Assembly: GCA_011774835.1 (NCBI GenBank)
Contig: JAACAK010000067.1
Coordinates: forward strand, 24,169 to 88,168
Length of the DNA stretch: 64,000 bases
DNA from: Candidatus Kutchimonas denitrificans
GTDB taxonomy: Bacteria > Gemmatimonadota > Gemmatimonadetes > Palauibacterales > KS3-K002
Reading direction: 5' to 3'
The notes beneath the pieces were generated by a model, which saw only the letters and a program-made list of their open reading frames with translations, did no database searches and had not been told where the DNA came from. Made by a program: the position numbers and the translations under genes. This document shows positions 31,910-43,245 of the stretch, piece by piece (positions within the stretch are counted from its first letter, which is position 1; the number at the start of each line of letters is the position of its first letter).

Positions 31910-32609
31910 GGTCGCGATTCACGTCTGCACGCTCGCCACGTCGGGCGACTGGCTGGTTCAGGTCGACGAGATCGACGCCGTGGTTCGAACGCTGGGATCG
32001 ATCGCGCCTGGCTGGGTCTATCTGGTCGTGGCACTCGGCGTCGCGGTGGAGAACTTCTTTCCACCCATTCCCGCCGATACGTTCGTCGTCCTCGGTGCTT
32101 TTCTCTCTGCCGAGGGCCGCGTGACCGGGAGCGGCGTATTCCTGGCCACCTGGAGCATGAACACGGCCACCGCACTGATATCGTATGGGGTGTCCCGCCG
32201 CTGGGGCCGTTCGGTGCTGGATACCCGGCCGGGACGCTGGATCCTGAGACCGCGGCAACTGGAGCGACTGGCGGCCCTCTACAACGCGCACGGCAGCAAG
32301 ATCATTTTCTTCAGCCGGTTCCTTCCGGCTTTTCGTGCGCTGGTCCCGGTGTTCGCGGGGATAAGCCACCTGGCGTTCTGGCGCACGGCCTTGCCCATAG
32401 CCCTGGCATCGGCCATCTGGTATGGGGTACTCGTGATCGCCGGCGGCGTGCTCGGCAAGAACTGGCGTGTGATCTTGGAGACTCTCGACAACGTCAACAC
32501 GCTGCTGTGGATCGTCGCCTCGATCGTGGCGATCGCGGCGATATTCTGGTGGTGGAGGACGCGCCACCAGCCGCACGAAGCGGACGGGGAGGAGGGGGTC
32601 GAGGTTTGA
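31899..32609 (+). CDS. DedA family membrane protein (start uncertain, possibly GTG ~31980)
   Basis: ENFFPPIPAD, IIFFSRFLPAFR, PVFAG. Confidence 0.9.
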   Translation: MAPEVAIHVCTLATSGDWLVQVDEIDAVVRTLGSIAPGWVYLVVALGVAVENFFPPIPADTFVVLGAFLSAEGRVTGSGVFLATWSMNTATALISYGVSRRWGRSVLDTRPGRWILRPRQLERLAALYNAHGSKIIFFSRFLPAFRALVPVFAGISHLAFWRTALPIALASAIWYGVLVIAGGVLGKNWRVILETLDNVNTLLWIVASIVAIAAIFWWWRTRHQPHEADGEEGVEV

Positions 32610-33517
32610 CGGAGGAGACCGCTCAGCGCTTCCACACCGAGCGCTTCGAGGACTACCTTCGCTTCGAGCGAGGTCTCACCGCCACGACGACCTCCGCCTA
32701 CGCGGCCGACGTCCTCGAGCTCATCTCGTTTCTCGAATCGGAGGGGTTCGCGTCGCCGCACGGCGTGGGGTTGGCCCAGCTTCGCGAGTTCGTCTACAGC
32801 CTCAGGGAGACGGGGCGCGCGGCATCCAGCATCCGGCGCAAGATCTCGGCCGTTCGGAGCTATTTCGGGTTCCTTCAGGCCGAAGGGATCATCGACGGGG
32901 ACCCGAGCGAGCTGCTCGAGGGCCCGAAGGCCCGTCGCGCTCTTCCCGCCGTTCTGAGCGAAGCGGAGATCGAGTCGCTGCTCGAATCGCTGCAGGGCTC
33001 GGATCCCTTGACGCTTCGCGATCGCTCGATCCTCGAGCTCATGTACGCCACCGGCGTCCGCATCTCCGAGTTGATCGGCCTGAGGATTCGAGATCTCGAT
33101 CTCGACGAGCGTCTGGTCAGAGTCGTCGGCAAGGGCTCGAAGGAACGAATCGTCCCGTTCGGGTCGGTCGCCCTCGACGCGCTGCTCGCCTACCTGAGCG
33201 AAGCTCGGCCGGTCCTGGTCGGCGACAGGGGCGAGGGAGCGGGCACCCTGTACATCAGTCGGCGCGGGCGTCCGCTGAGCCGGAAGGGCGCCTGGGAAAT
33301 CGTGCGTCGCCGGGTGCAGGCGGCGGGAATCGGCAAGGACGTGACCCCACACACGCTGCGGCATAGCTTCGCCACTCACCTGCTGCAGGGCGGCGCCGAC
33401 ATCGCCGCCGTTCAGGAGATGCTGGGCCACGCGGACATCGCCACCACGCAAATCTATACGCACCTCGATCGAGGGTATCTGACCGATGTCCATCGAAGAT
33501 ACCACCCCAGGGCCTAG
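32606..33517 (+). CDS. xerD: Site-specific tyrosine recombinase XerD
   Basis: ERGL..T..AY, RDRSILELMYATGVRISEL, GKGSKER, PHTLRHSFATHLL.GGAD..VQEMLGHADIATTQIYTH; TTG overlaps the dedA stop. Confidence 0.9.
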   Translation: MTEETAQRFHTERFEDYLRFERGLTATTTSAYAADVLELISFLESEGFASPHGVGLAQLREFVYSLRETGRAASSIRRKISAVRSYFGFLQAEGIIDGDPSELLEGPKARRALPAVLSEAEIESLLESLQGSDPLTLRDRSILELMYATGVRISELIGLRIRDLDLDERLVRVVGKGSKERIVPFGSVALDALLAYLSEARPVLVGDRGEGAGTLYISRRGRPLSRKGAWEIVRRRVQAAGIGKDVTPHTLRHSFATHLLQGGADIAAVQEMLGHADIATTQIYTHLDRGYLTDVHRRYHPRA

Positions 33518-33529
33518 AACGGGGATCAG

Positions 33530-35113
33530 GTGAACAACCGAACGATATGTAAACGCGGGAGATACGTGGCAGGCTCGGGTCGAGGCGGACCCGGGGACCG
33601 CGACCCCCATCGTCCGGGCTCGGCCGCGGGTCGGCGGCGCTGGCGCCGACTGCTGGTGCCGTGGACCGTGGCCTGGGTTCTGTTCGGCGGCGCCGCGTCG
33701 GGGCAGGTGGTGGAGTTCCGTGCCGGCAGCGGCGGTCTGGCTCGAGCCGATGAGGTGGTGCGGAGCGTGCTGGCCCGGGGCGATTATGTGGTGCTCACGG
33801 CGGACCGCGTGCTGTCCCCCGGGGAGGTGATCGACGGGGATGTGATCGTGCTGGGGGCGACGCTGCGGGTGGAGGGCACGATCCGTGGCGATCTGGTTGG
33901 GGTTCAGAGCGACATATTCGCCCGGCCGGGTGGCGAGGTGGGAGGGACGGTCGTGGTGCTGGGCGGCGGCTTCTACGGCTCGACGCTGGCGCGACTGGCG
34001 CGGCGACCGGTGAGTGCGGCGGTCTACGGCTATACTTACGAGACGACGCGAGGCGGCGGCTACGCGATCGTCGCTCCGGGGGGGAGGGTAAGCCTGCGGC
34101 CCGCGGGGCTGTACGGGCTGCTGCTTCCGGAGTACGACCGTGTGAATGCGTTGACGATTCCGCTGGGGCTGGATTTCGATCGCGGGGGCATGTCCGCGTT
34201 GCCCGACGCGGAGTTGCGATTGAGGATCCGCAGCGCCCGGGAGATGTTGGACGGAGCCCTCAGGCTTCGCTGGCGAACCGGACGGCACGCGGTATCGCTG
34301 GCGGGAGGCCGCACCGTCAGAACGAACGACGGCTGGATCAACGGAGACGTGGACAACTCGCTCTATTCGTTCATCGGAGCGGTGGACACCCGCAACTACT
34401 ACGACGCCGACTTCGTGGCGGCGGGGATCGAACTGGGCTTCGGTTCGAACGCCCTATGGAACGCCGGGCTGACGCTCGGTTGGGAGCGCGCCCGGCCGCT
34501 GGCCAACGAGGACCCGTTCTCCCTGTTCGAGGTTCGGGCCGGCGGTTTCCAGCCCAACGCCCCGGCGCTCGCGGCCGATGCCGCCAGCCTGAAGCTGGCG
34601 GGCGGCGTAGCGACAGAACGCGCCGACGGCCCGGGCTTGACGGTCCAGGCCGAGCTCGAGATCGCCGACGACGCGGTGGCGGGCGACCTGACCTTCGCGT
34701 TGCTGGGCGGTGGCTTCCGTCTTCGCCTCCCCACGGTTGGACGCCAGGCGTTGGTGATCGAGGGGAGGGGACAGGCTTCGCTCGACGACGACGCGCCGCC
34801 CCAGCGCTGGCGGAGCCTGGGTGGCTGGGGGTCGCTCCCGACCCTCGTTCCCACCGGCCAGTCGGGCGACCGCATGTGGTGGACGGCGGCCACCTACCAG
34901 ATCCCACTCAGCGACCGGCTGGGCCGGCTGCCCTCCCCCTTCCTCTGGGTCCAATACGGGGCGGGCAACGCCTGGACCGCCGGTTCGCGACCCTCGACGG
35001 TCCACGATCTGGGCCTCGGCCTCACCTTCGGACCCCTGGCTCTGGCCCTCTACACGGCCCCCAGCGACGAGTTCAAGACGGTCTTCACCGTGGGCTTCGA
35101 CCCGCGCCACTGA
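33530..35113 (+). CDS. Secreted protein: bactofilin-like beta-helix N-domain plus probable outer-membrane beta-barrel (start uncertain)
   Basis: Signal-like LLVPWTVAWVLFGGAASG; IDGDVIVLGATLRVEGTIRGDLVGV..GEVGGTVVVLGG repeats; amphipathic strands ending DLGLGLTFGPLALALY...VFTVGF. Confidence 0.6.
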   Translation: MNNRTICKRGRYVAGSGRGGPGDRDPHRPGSAAGRRRWRRLLVPWTVAWVLFGGAASGQVVEFRAGSGGLARADEVVRSVLARGDYVVLTADRVLSPGEVIDGDVIVLGATLRVEGTIRGDLVGVQSDIFARPGGEVGGTVVVLGGGFYGSTLARLARRPVSAAVYGYTYETTRGGGYAIVAPGGRVSLRPAGLYGLLLPEYDRVNALTIPLGLDFDRGGMSALPDAELRLRIRSAREMLDGALRLRWRTGRHAVSLAGGRTVRTNDGWINGDVDNSLYSFIGAVDTRNYYDADFVAAGIELGFGSNALWNAGLTLGWERARPLANEDPFSLFEVRAGGFQPNAPALAADAASLKLAGGVATERADGPGLTVQAELEIADDAVAGDLTFALLGGGFRLRLPTVGRQALVIEGRGQASLDDDAPPQRWRSLGGWGSLPTLVPTGQSGDRMWWTAATYQIPLSDRLGRLPSPFLWVQYGAGNAWTAGSRPSTVHDLGLGLTFGPLALALYTAPSDEFKTVFTVGFDPRH

Positions 35114-35141
35114 GGCCGCCCACGTCGCGTAACAGCCAGTT

Positions 35142-35170
35142 TTGACAAAGATTTAGTGGCTGGTTATGAT
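35142..35170 (+). promoter_or_regulatory. Sigma70 promoter of the kdsB...rpoN operon
   Basis: TTGACA-17 nt-TATGAT. Confidence 0.8.
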
Positions 35171-35172
35171 AG

Positions 35173-35188
35173 TGGCGTGAAAATTGCT
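35173..35188 (+). promoter_or_regulatory. Sigma54 -24/-12 site overlapping the predicted sigma70 start site
   Basis: TGGCGTG-AAAA-TTGCT, GG-N10-GC. Confidence 0.6.
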
Positions 35189-35237
35189 ACACGGGGCGCC
35201 TCCCTCCGGTTGGGACCTCCAAAACGCGAGGCCTGAT

Positions 35238-37645
<2,408 letters not shown>

Positions 37646-37659
37646 AGGAACGCTGAGGC

Positions 37660-38493
37660 ATGAACGACATCTCGGCACTGTTCAGCCCGGGCGCTGGCTT
37701 CTTTCTGATCGCCGGACCCTGCGTGCTCGAGGACAAGAGCACGAACCTCCGCGTGGCCGAGCGAGTGGCTCGAGTCGGGGAGCGGCTGGCCGTTCCCGTG
37801 ATCTTCAAGGCCTCTTTTGACAAGGCCAACCGCAGCAGCCTGGACGCGCCGCGCGGGCCCGGCCTGGAGGACGGTCTCCGGCTCCTCCAGGAGGTGAAGG
37901 ACGAGACCGGGCTGCCGGTGACGACCGACATACACGAACCCGCCCAGGCGCAGGTCGCCGCCGAGCTGGTCGATCTGCTCCAGATCCCCGCGTTCCTCTG
38001 TCGACAGACCGACCTGATCGTGGCGGCCGCCGCCACGGGTCGACCGGTCAATCTGAAGAAGGGGCAGTGGATGGCACCACAGGACATGGCGAACCAGGTG
38101 GAGAAGGCACGGCGCAGCGGTGCCCGCTCGGTTTCCGTCACGGAACGCGGGTCGGCGTTCGGCTATCACAACCTGGTCGTCGACATGCGGTCGTTCGCCG
38201 TCCTGAAGGAAACGTGCGGGTGCCCGGCGGTGTTCGACGCGACTCACTCGGTGCAGCTGCCGGGCGGTGCGGGGTCTCACAGTGGAGGCGAGCCGCGTCA
38301 CATCGCGGCCCTCGCCATGGCCGCGACGGCGGCGGGAGCCGACGCGCTGTTCGTCGAGGTCCATCCGGAGCCTGCCCGGGCGCCTTCCGACGCCGCGAGC
38401 ATGCTGAGGCTGTCGGAGCTCGAGGGCCTCGTGGAACGCGTGCTGGCGGTGCGTGCCGCGGCGTGGCCGGGCTCGAGGTCGACCGATGGCTGA
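37660..38493 (+). CDS. kdsA: Kdo-8-phosphate synthase
   Basis: IAGPCV, FKASFDKANRSS, QIPAFLCRQTD, FDATHSVQ. Confidence 0.97.
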   Translation: MNDISALFSPGAGFFLIAGPCVLEDKSTNLRVAERVARVGERLAVPVIFKASFDKANRSSLDAPRGPGLEDGLRLLQEVKDETGLPVTTDIHEPAQAQVAAELVDLLQIPAFLCRQTDLIVAAAATGRPVNLKKGQWMAPQDMANQVEKARRSGARSVSVTERGSAFGYHNLVVDMRSFAVLKETCGCPAVFDATHSVQLPGGAGSHSGGEPRHIAALAMAATAAGADALFVEVHPEPARAPSDAASMLRLSELEGLVERVLAVRAAAWPGSRSTDG

Positions 38494-39061
38494 GCGCGAC
38501 GCGATCCCGACCGAGACCGCTGCCGCGGTGAAGCTGGTGGTCCTGGACGTGGACGGGGTGATGACCGATGGCGGCATCTACTACGCCGCGGGGCCCGAGG
38601 GCGGAACGCTGGAGCTGAAGCGGTTCGAGATCACCGATGGGCTCGGCATCAAGCTGCTGCAGCGGGCCGGGATCGAGGTGGCGTTCGTCACGGGCCGCCA
38701 CTCGGAGATAGTGGAGATGCGCGGCCGCGAGCTGGGCGTTCGAGAGATCCACCAGGACCCGGCGGCGAAGAAGCTGCCGATCGTCCGGGCGATCCTGGAC
38801 CGTAAGGCCCTCGATTGGAAAGCCGTGGCCTTCGTCTCCGACGATCTGGCAGACATGCCGGTGCTGAAGCGCTGCGGGCTGCCGGTCGCGGTGGCGAACG
38901 CCGTGCCCGAAGTGAGCGCCGCTGCGATCTGGCAGACGACCCGGCCGGGCGGCTCGGGGGCGGTACGCGAGTTCGCCGAAGCGTTGCTGCGTGCCCGGGG
39001 CGACTGGGATACAGTGGTGGGCAGCTATCTGGCCGAACGTGAGGTCGGTGCCGATGGATAA
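38486..39061 (+). CDS. kdsC: Kdo-8-phosphate phosphatase
   Basis: LDVDGVMTDG HAD motif, DGLGI, GGSGAVRE. Confidence 0.93.
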   Translation: MAERDAIPTETAAAVKLVVLDVDGVMTDGGIYYAAGPEGGTLELKRFEITDGLGIKLLQRAGIEVAFVTGRHSEIVEMRGRELGVREIHQDPAAKKLPIVRAILDRKALDWKAVAFVSDDLADMPVLKRCGLPVAVANAVPEVSAAAIWQTTRPGGSGAVREFAEALLRARGDWDTVVGSYLAEREVGADG

Positions 39062-40022
39062 GAGCCAGCTGATCGAAACCGGCAAGCAGGTGATTCGCCT
39101 GGAAGCCCGGGAGGTGGAGCGGCTGGCCGATCGGATCGGCGAGGAGTTCGCCCGCGCGGTGGAGCTGCTGGTCGGCCTCAAGGGACGGGCGATCGTATCG
39201 GGCGTGGGTAAATCGGGTATCATCGCTCGCAAGCTGGCCGCGACCCTGACGTCCACGGGGACGCCGGCCTTCTTTCTGCACCCGGTGGAGGGGCTCCACG
39301 GCGACGTGGGCATGGTACTTCGGGACGATCTGTTGATACTGATCTCGAAGAGCGGCGAGTCCGAGGAGCTGTTCGATTTGCTGCGTGCGGTCAAGCGATT
39401 GGGCGTGCCGATCATCACCTTCACCGGCAGCCGCGGATCCACGCTGGCGGACTATTCCGACATCCTGCTCGATGTCGCCGTCGAGGAGGAAGCGTGCCCT
39501 CACGACCTGGCACCGACGGCCAGTACGACGGCCGCCCTGGCGATGAGCGACGCACTGGCGGTGTCGGTCCTGACACGAAAGGGGTTCGGCCAGGACGACT
39601 TCGCCAAACTGCACCCCGGTGGCAAGCTGGGACGTCAGCTGTTGAAGGTCTCCGACCTCATGGTGTCGGAGCCGGACAAAGTCCCCTGGCTCGCCAAGAC
39701 GGCGACGCTGCGCGAGGCGATGCTGGAGATCGCCTTCAAGCGGGGAACGGTGCCGATCGTCGATGACGAGCGGCGAATCATCGGCGTGATCACGGCCGGT
39801 GACCTGACCCGCTTCGTCGACAACAAGGAGGAGTTCTTCCACCGCCAGGTGTCCGAAGCCATGAACCCGAATCCGAAGACCGTCCGCTGTGACACGCTGG
39901 CCGTGGAGGCGGTCTATCTGATGGAAAAGCACGGGATCATGGCCCTGCCGGTGGAGGACGCCGACGAGCGGTTGGCCGGCATGGTTCACCTTCACGACCT
40001 GATGCGGGCCCGGGTGGTCTAG
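39054..40022 (+). CDS. kdsD: Arabinose-5-phosphate isomerase (SIS + CBS)
   Basis: SGVGKSG, HGDVG, EACPHDLAPTASTT, HPGGKLG. Confidence 0.95.
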   Translation: MDKSQLIETGKQVIRLEAREVERLADRIGEEFARAVELLVGLKGRAIVSGVGKSGIIARKLAATLTSTGTPAFFLHPVEGLHGDVGMVLRDDLLILISKSGESEELFDLLRAVKRLGVPIITFTGSRGSTLADYSDILLDVAVEEEACPHDLAPTASTTAALAMSDALAVSVLTRKGFGQDDFAKLHPGGKLGRQLLKVSDLMVSEPDKVPWLAKTATLREAMLEIAFKRGTVPIVDDERRIIGVITAGDLTRFVDNKEEFFHRQVSEAMNPNPKTVRCDTLAVEAVYLMEKHGIMALPVEDADERLAGMVHLHDLMRARVV

Positions 40023-40023
40023 C

Positions 40024-40584
40024 ATGAGAGCCGCCGCCGCAGCGATCGCGGGATTGCTCCTCGCCCTGGCCGCCTGCAGCGACAGCAACGAGGCGCCGCT
40101 GGTGGCCGAAGAGATCTTGCGGCTGAACGAGCGGGCGAACCGCGTCGCCATCGGACTCGAGCACTACGTGGCGTCCGAAGGCATCCGGCGCGCCAAGGTC
40201 GTTGCCGACACGGCGTTCTTCATCGAAGAAGAGTCGCTGATCGAGCTTCGGGACATGGAAGTGACCTTTTACGATGAGGACGGCAAGGAGACCACGTTTC
40301 TGACGGCACGCGAAGGCACGTACGATTGGGAGACCGGGAACATGACGGCCAGGCATGACGTGGTCGTCGTCAAGCGCGAGGAAGGGCGCCGGATAGAGAC
40401 TTCGGTCATGTACTACGAGCGACCGGAGGACCGGATCTGGAGCGATGTCCGGACCACGATGTACGAAGAGGATGGAACGATCGTCGAGGGGACGTCCTTC
40501 ACGTCCAATTCGGGGATGGACAGGGTCGAGCTGACGGAACCAAGCGTCATCCGACGCGGCAGCCAACCCCGGTCCGAAGAGTGA
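40024..40584 (+). CDS. lptC: LPS export protein LptC (lipoprotein-like N-terminus)
   Basis: LALAAC lipobox; beta-jellyroll pattern; position between kdsD and lptA/lptB. Confidence 0.8.
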   Translation: MRAAAAAIAGLLLALAACSDSNEAPLVAEEILRLNERANRVAIGLEHYVASEGIRRAKVVADTAFFIEEESLIELRDMEVTFYDEDGKETTFLTAREGTYDWETGNMTARHDVVVVKREEGRRIETSVMYYERPEDRIWSDVRTTMYEEDGTIVEGTSFTSNSGMDRVELTEPSVIRRGSQPRSEE

Positions 40585-40585
40585 G

Positions 40586-42049
40586 ATGCGGACCGCGCTG
40601 CGAGCGGCGCTTCTCGCTGTGGCAACCCTCGAGCTGTTACCCGGGATCGGGCAGCAGCAGGAGCAGGATTGCGATCTGGAGGTACTCAGAACACCGGGAT
40701 CGAGAGGCGAGATGGTAACGCTGCCCGACGGCGAGGTACGGATCGATCAGTGGGGCGGCGTGGAAGCCGTCTGCGGCGATCGACGGCTGCGCGCCGACAG
40801 CGCCAGCTACTACCAGAACCGTGGCGTTCTCTTTCTGGTCGGTGACATGCGGTATGCAGACGACGAGCGGGAACTGGTGGCAGATCGAGGCACCTATTAC
40901 GAGCGCGAGGCGCGGATGCGGGCGGAAGGGAACGTCCGACTCACCGACGCCGATGGACGATCGACTTTGACGACGCAGCTGCTCGACTACTTCCCGGCAA
41001 ACGAGAACCGGCCGCGTGAGCGCATGTTCGCGCCGAGGCGACCGCACCTGACGTACTACCCGGAAACGACCACCGAACCGGACGCCCTGCCGTTCGAGGT
41101 GGACGCCGATCGACTCCACATATACGGGGACTCGGCGGTGGCCGGCGCCGGTCGCGTCGTCGCCATACGTGGCGACCTGGTCGCCCACGCCGATTCGATG
41201 GATCTCGACCTGGCGGGAGACCGCCTCTGGCTGCTCGGCGGCCCGCAGGTGACCTCGGACTCGATGGTCCTCTCGGGAGACACCATCCTCGTACTCATGC
41301 AGGAGCAGCAGATTCGCGAGATCGAGGCCTGGCCCGCGGGCTCGGCCACGAGCCGCGAGATGTCCCTGGAGGCCCCCTTGCTCCGCATGTTCGTCGAGGA
41401 CGACGAAGTGAATCGCCTCGTGGCGGCGCCGGGCGACCCGGCTCGTACCGGCGCGGAGGAAAGCCCGGAGCGGGACCCCTGGGCGGTCAGCGTGTCCACC
41501 GACTACAGGCTGGAGGCGGACTCCATCGATATTCAGCGGCCGGGCGGCGTGCTCGATCGGGTATTCGCCCTGCGGCGCGCCCGGGCCGAGAGCACCGAGG
41601 AGGTGATACCCGGCGGTGGTTTCCTGGCCCGCGACTGGCTGGAGGGAGACACGATCACGGGCTTCTTTACCGTCCGGGATTCCGGCAGCGCCAGCGGGGA
41701 CGCCGAGCTCACGCGACTGCGGGCGTCGGGGAACGCCCGCGCGCTTCATTACGTGCGGCAGGAAGACGCGGGCGACGGCCAACTTCCCGCCCCCAACTAC
41801 GTGAAGGGACGGGAGATCATTCTGGAGCTGGAGGACGGGGAGGTCCGCCAGGTCCGGGTCATCGGCCCGGCCCGGGGAGTCTATCTGGAGCCGATTCCAC
41901 CCTCACCCGACGATACGACGGGGCGCGATACGAGCGGCCTGTCGCTGCCGGACTCGATCCGGGAAGCGACGGAGGACACGACGCCCCCCGTCCCTCCCGA
42001 CACCGTTCCGCGCGATACCGTCCCCTCTGCGGGACCGGGAGGCCGGTAA
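40586..42049 (+). CDS. Long LptA/OstA-like periplasmic beta-jellyroll protein
   Basis: Signal peptide; repeated L.ADS/GD.I..., AEGNV.L and ASGNA units; located between lptC and lptB. Confidence 0.72.
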   Translation: MRTALRAALLAVATLELLPGIGQQQEQDCDLEVLRTPGSRGEMVTLPDGEVRIDQWGGVEAVCGDRRLRADSASYYQNRGVLFLVGDMRYADDERELVADRGTYYEREARMRAEGNVRLTDADGRSTLTTQLLDYFPANENRPRERMFAPRRPHLTYYPETTTEPDALPFEVDADRLHIYGDSAVAGAGRVVAIRGDLVAHADSMDLDLAGDRLWLLGGPQVTSDSMVLSGDTILVLMQEQQIREIEAWPAGSATSREMSLEAPLLRMFVEDDEVNRLVAAPGDPARTGAEESPERDPWAVSVSTDYRLEADSIDIQRPGGVLDRVFALRRARAESTEEVIPGGGFLARDWLEGDTITGFFTVRDSGSASGDAELTRLRASGNARALHYVRQEDAGDGQLPAPNYVKGREIILELEDGEVRQVRVIGPARGVYLEPIPPSPDDTTGRDTSGLSLPDSIREATEDTTPPVPPDTVPRDTVPSAGPGGR

Positions 42050-42051
42050 CC

Positions 42052-43230
42052 GTGGAGAGCCTCGACCTTCGCAGCTTCGTCGTGGAGCTGCCGGCCCATG
42101 AAGCTCCGCTGCTCATCGCGTTGCGCGAGATCCTACTGCGCGCCGACGAGGCCGGCCGCATCGACAAAGGCCAGCTGGTCGAGGGCTTTCGCGAGTCGTA
42201 CCTGCTCCACTACGGCCGCGTGGCACAAGCCGGCTCACCCGAAAGCCGGCGGCTGTTCGAAATTCGACGCATGACGACCGAACAGGTCGACAGCTATTTG
42301 AGCGAGCAGATCCTCGCCCGCCTGGAGGCCGAGGGTCTGCTCGAGCAAAACGGCGATGAGCCCGGAGCCCGACTGGTCCTGTCACCCACGATCCGGAGCG
42401 ATGTGGGTCGGGACCGGACCGACATCCAGCAGCTGCTGGATCGGGAGATCGAAAAGCGGTTGCTCGCCCCCGAGGAGGAGCCGGAGCCCCGCCGGATCGT
42501 TCCCGATGGCAGTCGCATTGCGACCGATGGGCTGGTGAAGGTCTACAAGCGTCGGCGCGTCGTGGATGACGTCGACCTGAGCGTGAGGCAAGGCGAGATC
42601 GTGGGTCTCCTGGGACCCAATGGAGCCGGAAAGACCACGACGTTCTACATGATCGTGGGGCTCGTCGCACCCGACGCCGGCGAGGTCTTTATCGACCAGC
42701 GGCCCTTGTCGCACGTGCCGATGTACCGGCGAGCACGTCTCGGTATCGGTTACCTGTCACAGGAGCCATCGGTCTTCCGAAAGCTGACCGTAGAGGAGAA
42801 TATCGAGGCCATCCTGGAGACACTGTCCATTTCGGAAGAGGAGAAGTCCGAGCGGCTCGAATCGCTGCTCGACGAGCTGTCGATCAAGCACCTGAGAGAG
42901 AACCGAGCGTACTCGCTGTCGGGCGGTGAGCGGCGGCGCCTGGAGATCACACGCGCCCTGGTGACCGATCCCAAGTTCATGCTCCTCGACGAGCCGTTCG
43001 CCGGCGTCGACCCCATCGCGGTGGATGATATCCAGCGCATCGTGGCCGACCTGAAGCATCGCGGCCTGGGCGTGCTGATCACCGATCACAACGTACGTGA
43101 GACACTTTCGATCACGGACCGTGCCTATATCATGTTCGATGGGAAAATCCACATCGAGGGCACGTCCGAGGAACTGGTTAACGATCCGCAGGCGCGTAAG
43201 TTATATTTAGGTGAGGATTTTCGCCTGTAG
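42052..43230 (+). CDS. lptB: LPS export ABC ATPase LptB with a ~150-aa N-terminal extension
   Basis: [57 protein letters not shown]. Confidence 0.94.
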   Translation: MESLDLRSFVVELPAHEAPLLIALREILLRADEAGRIDKGQLVEGFRESYLLHYGRVAQAGSPESRRLFEIRRMTTEQVDSYLSEQILARLEAEGLLEQNGDEPGARLVLSPTIRSDVGRDRTDIQQLLDREIEKRLLAPEEEPEPRRIVPDGSRIATDGLVKVYKRRRVVDDVDLSVRQGEIVGLLGPNGAGKTTTFYMIVGLVAPDAGEVFIDQRPLSHVPMYRRARLGIGYLSQEPSVFRKLTVEENIEAILETLSISEEEKSERLESLLDELSIKHLRENRAYSLSGGERRRLEITRALVTDPKFMLLDEPFAGVDPIAVDDIQRIVADLKHRGLGVLITDHNVRETLSITDRAYIMFDGKIHIEGTSEELVNDPQARKLYLGEDFRL

Positions 43231-43245
43231 GGAGAGGGAGAGGCG

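Noticed and set aside
32606..33517. Tyrosine recombinase as a phage or island integrase
   Set aside because: Length and motifs are XerD-type, it sits in a housekeeping operon, and there are no att repeats or cargo
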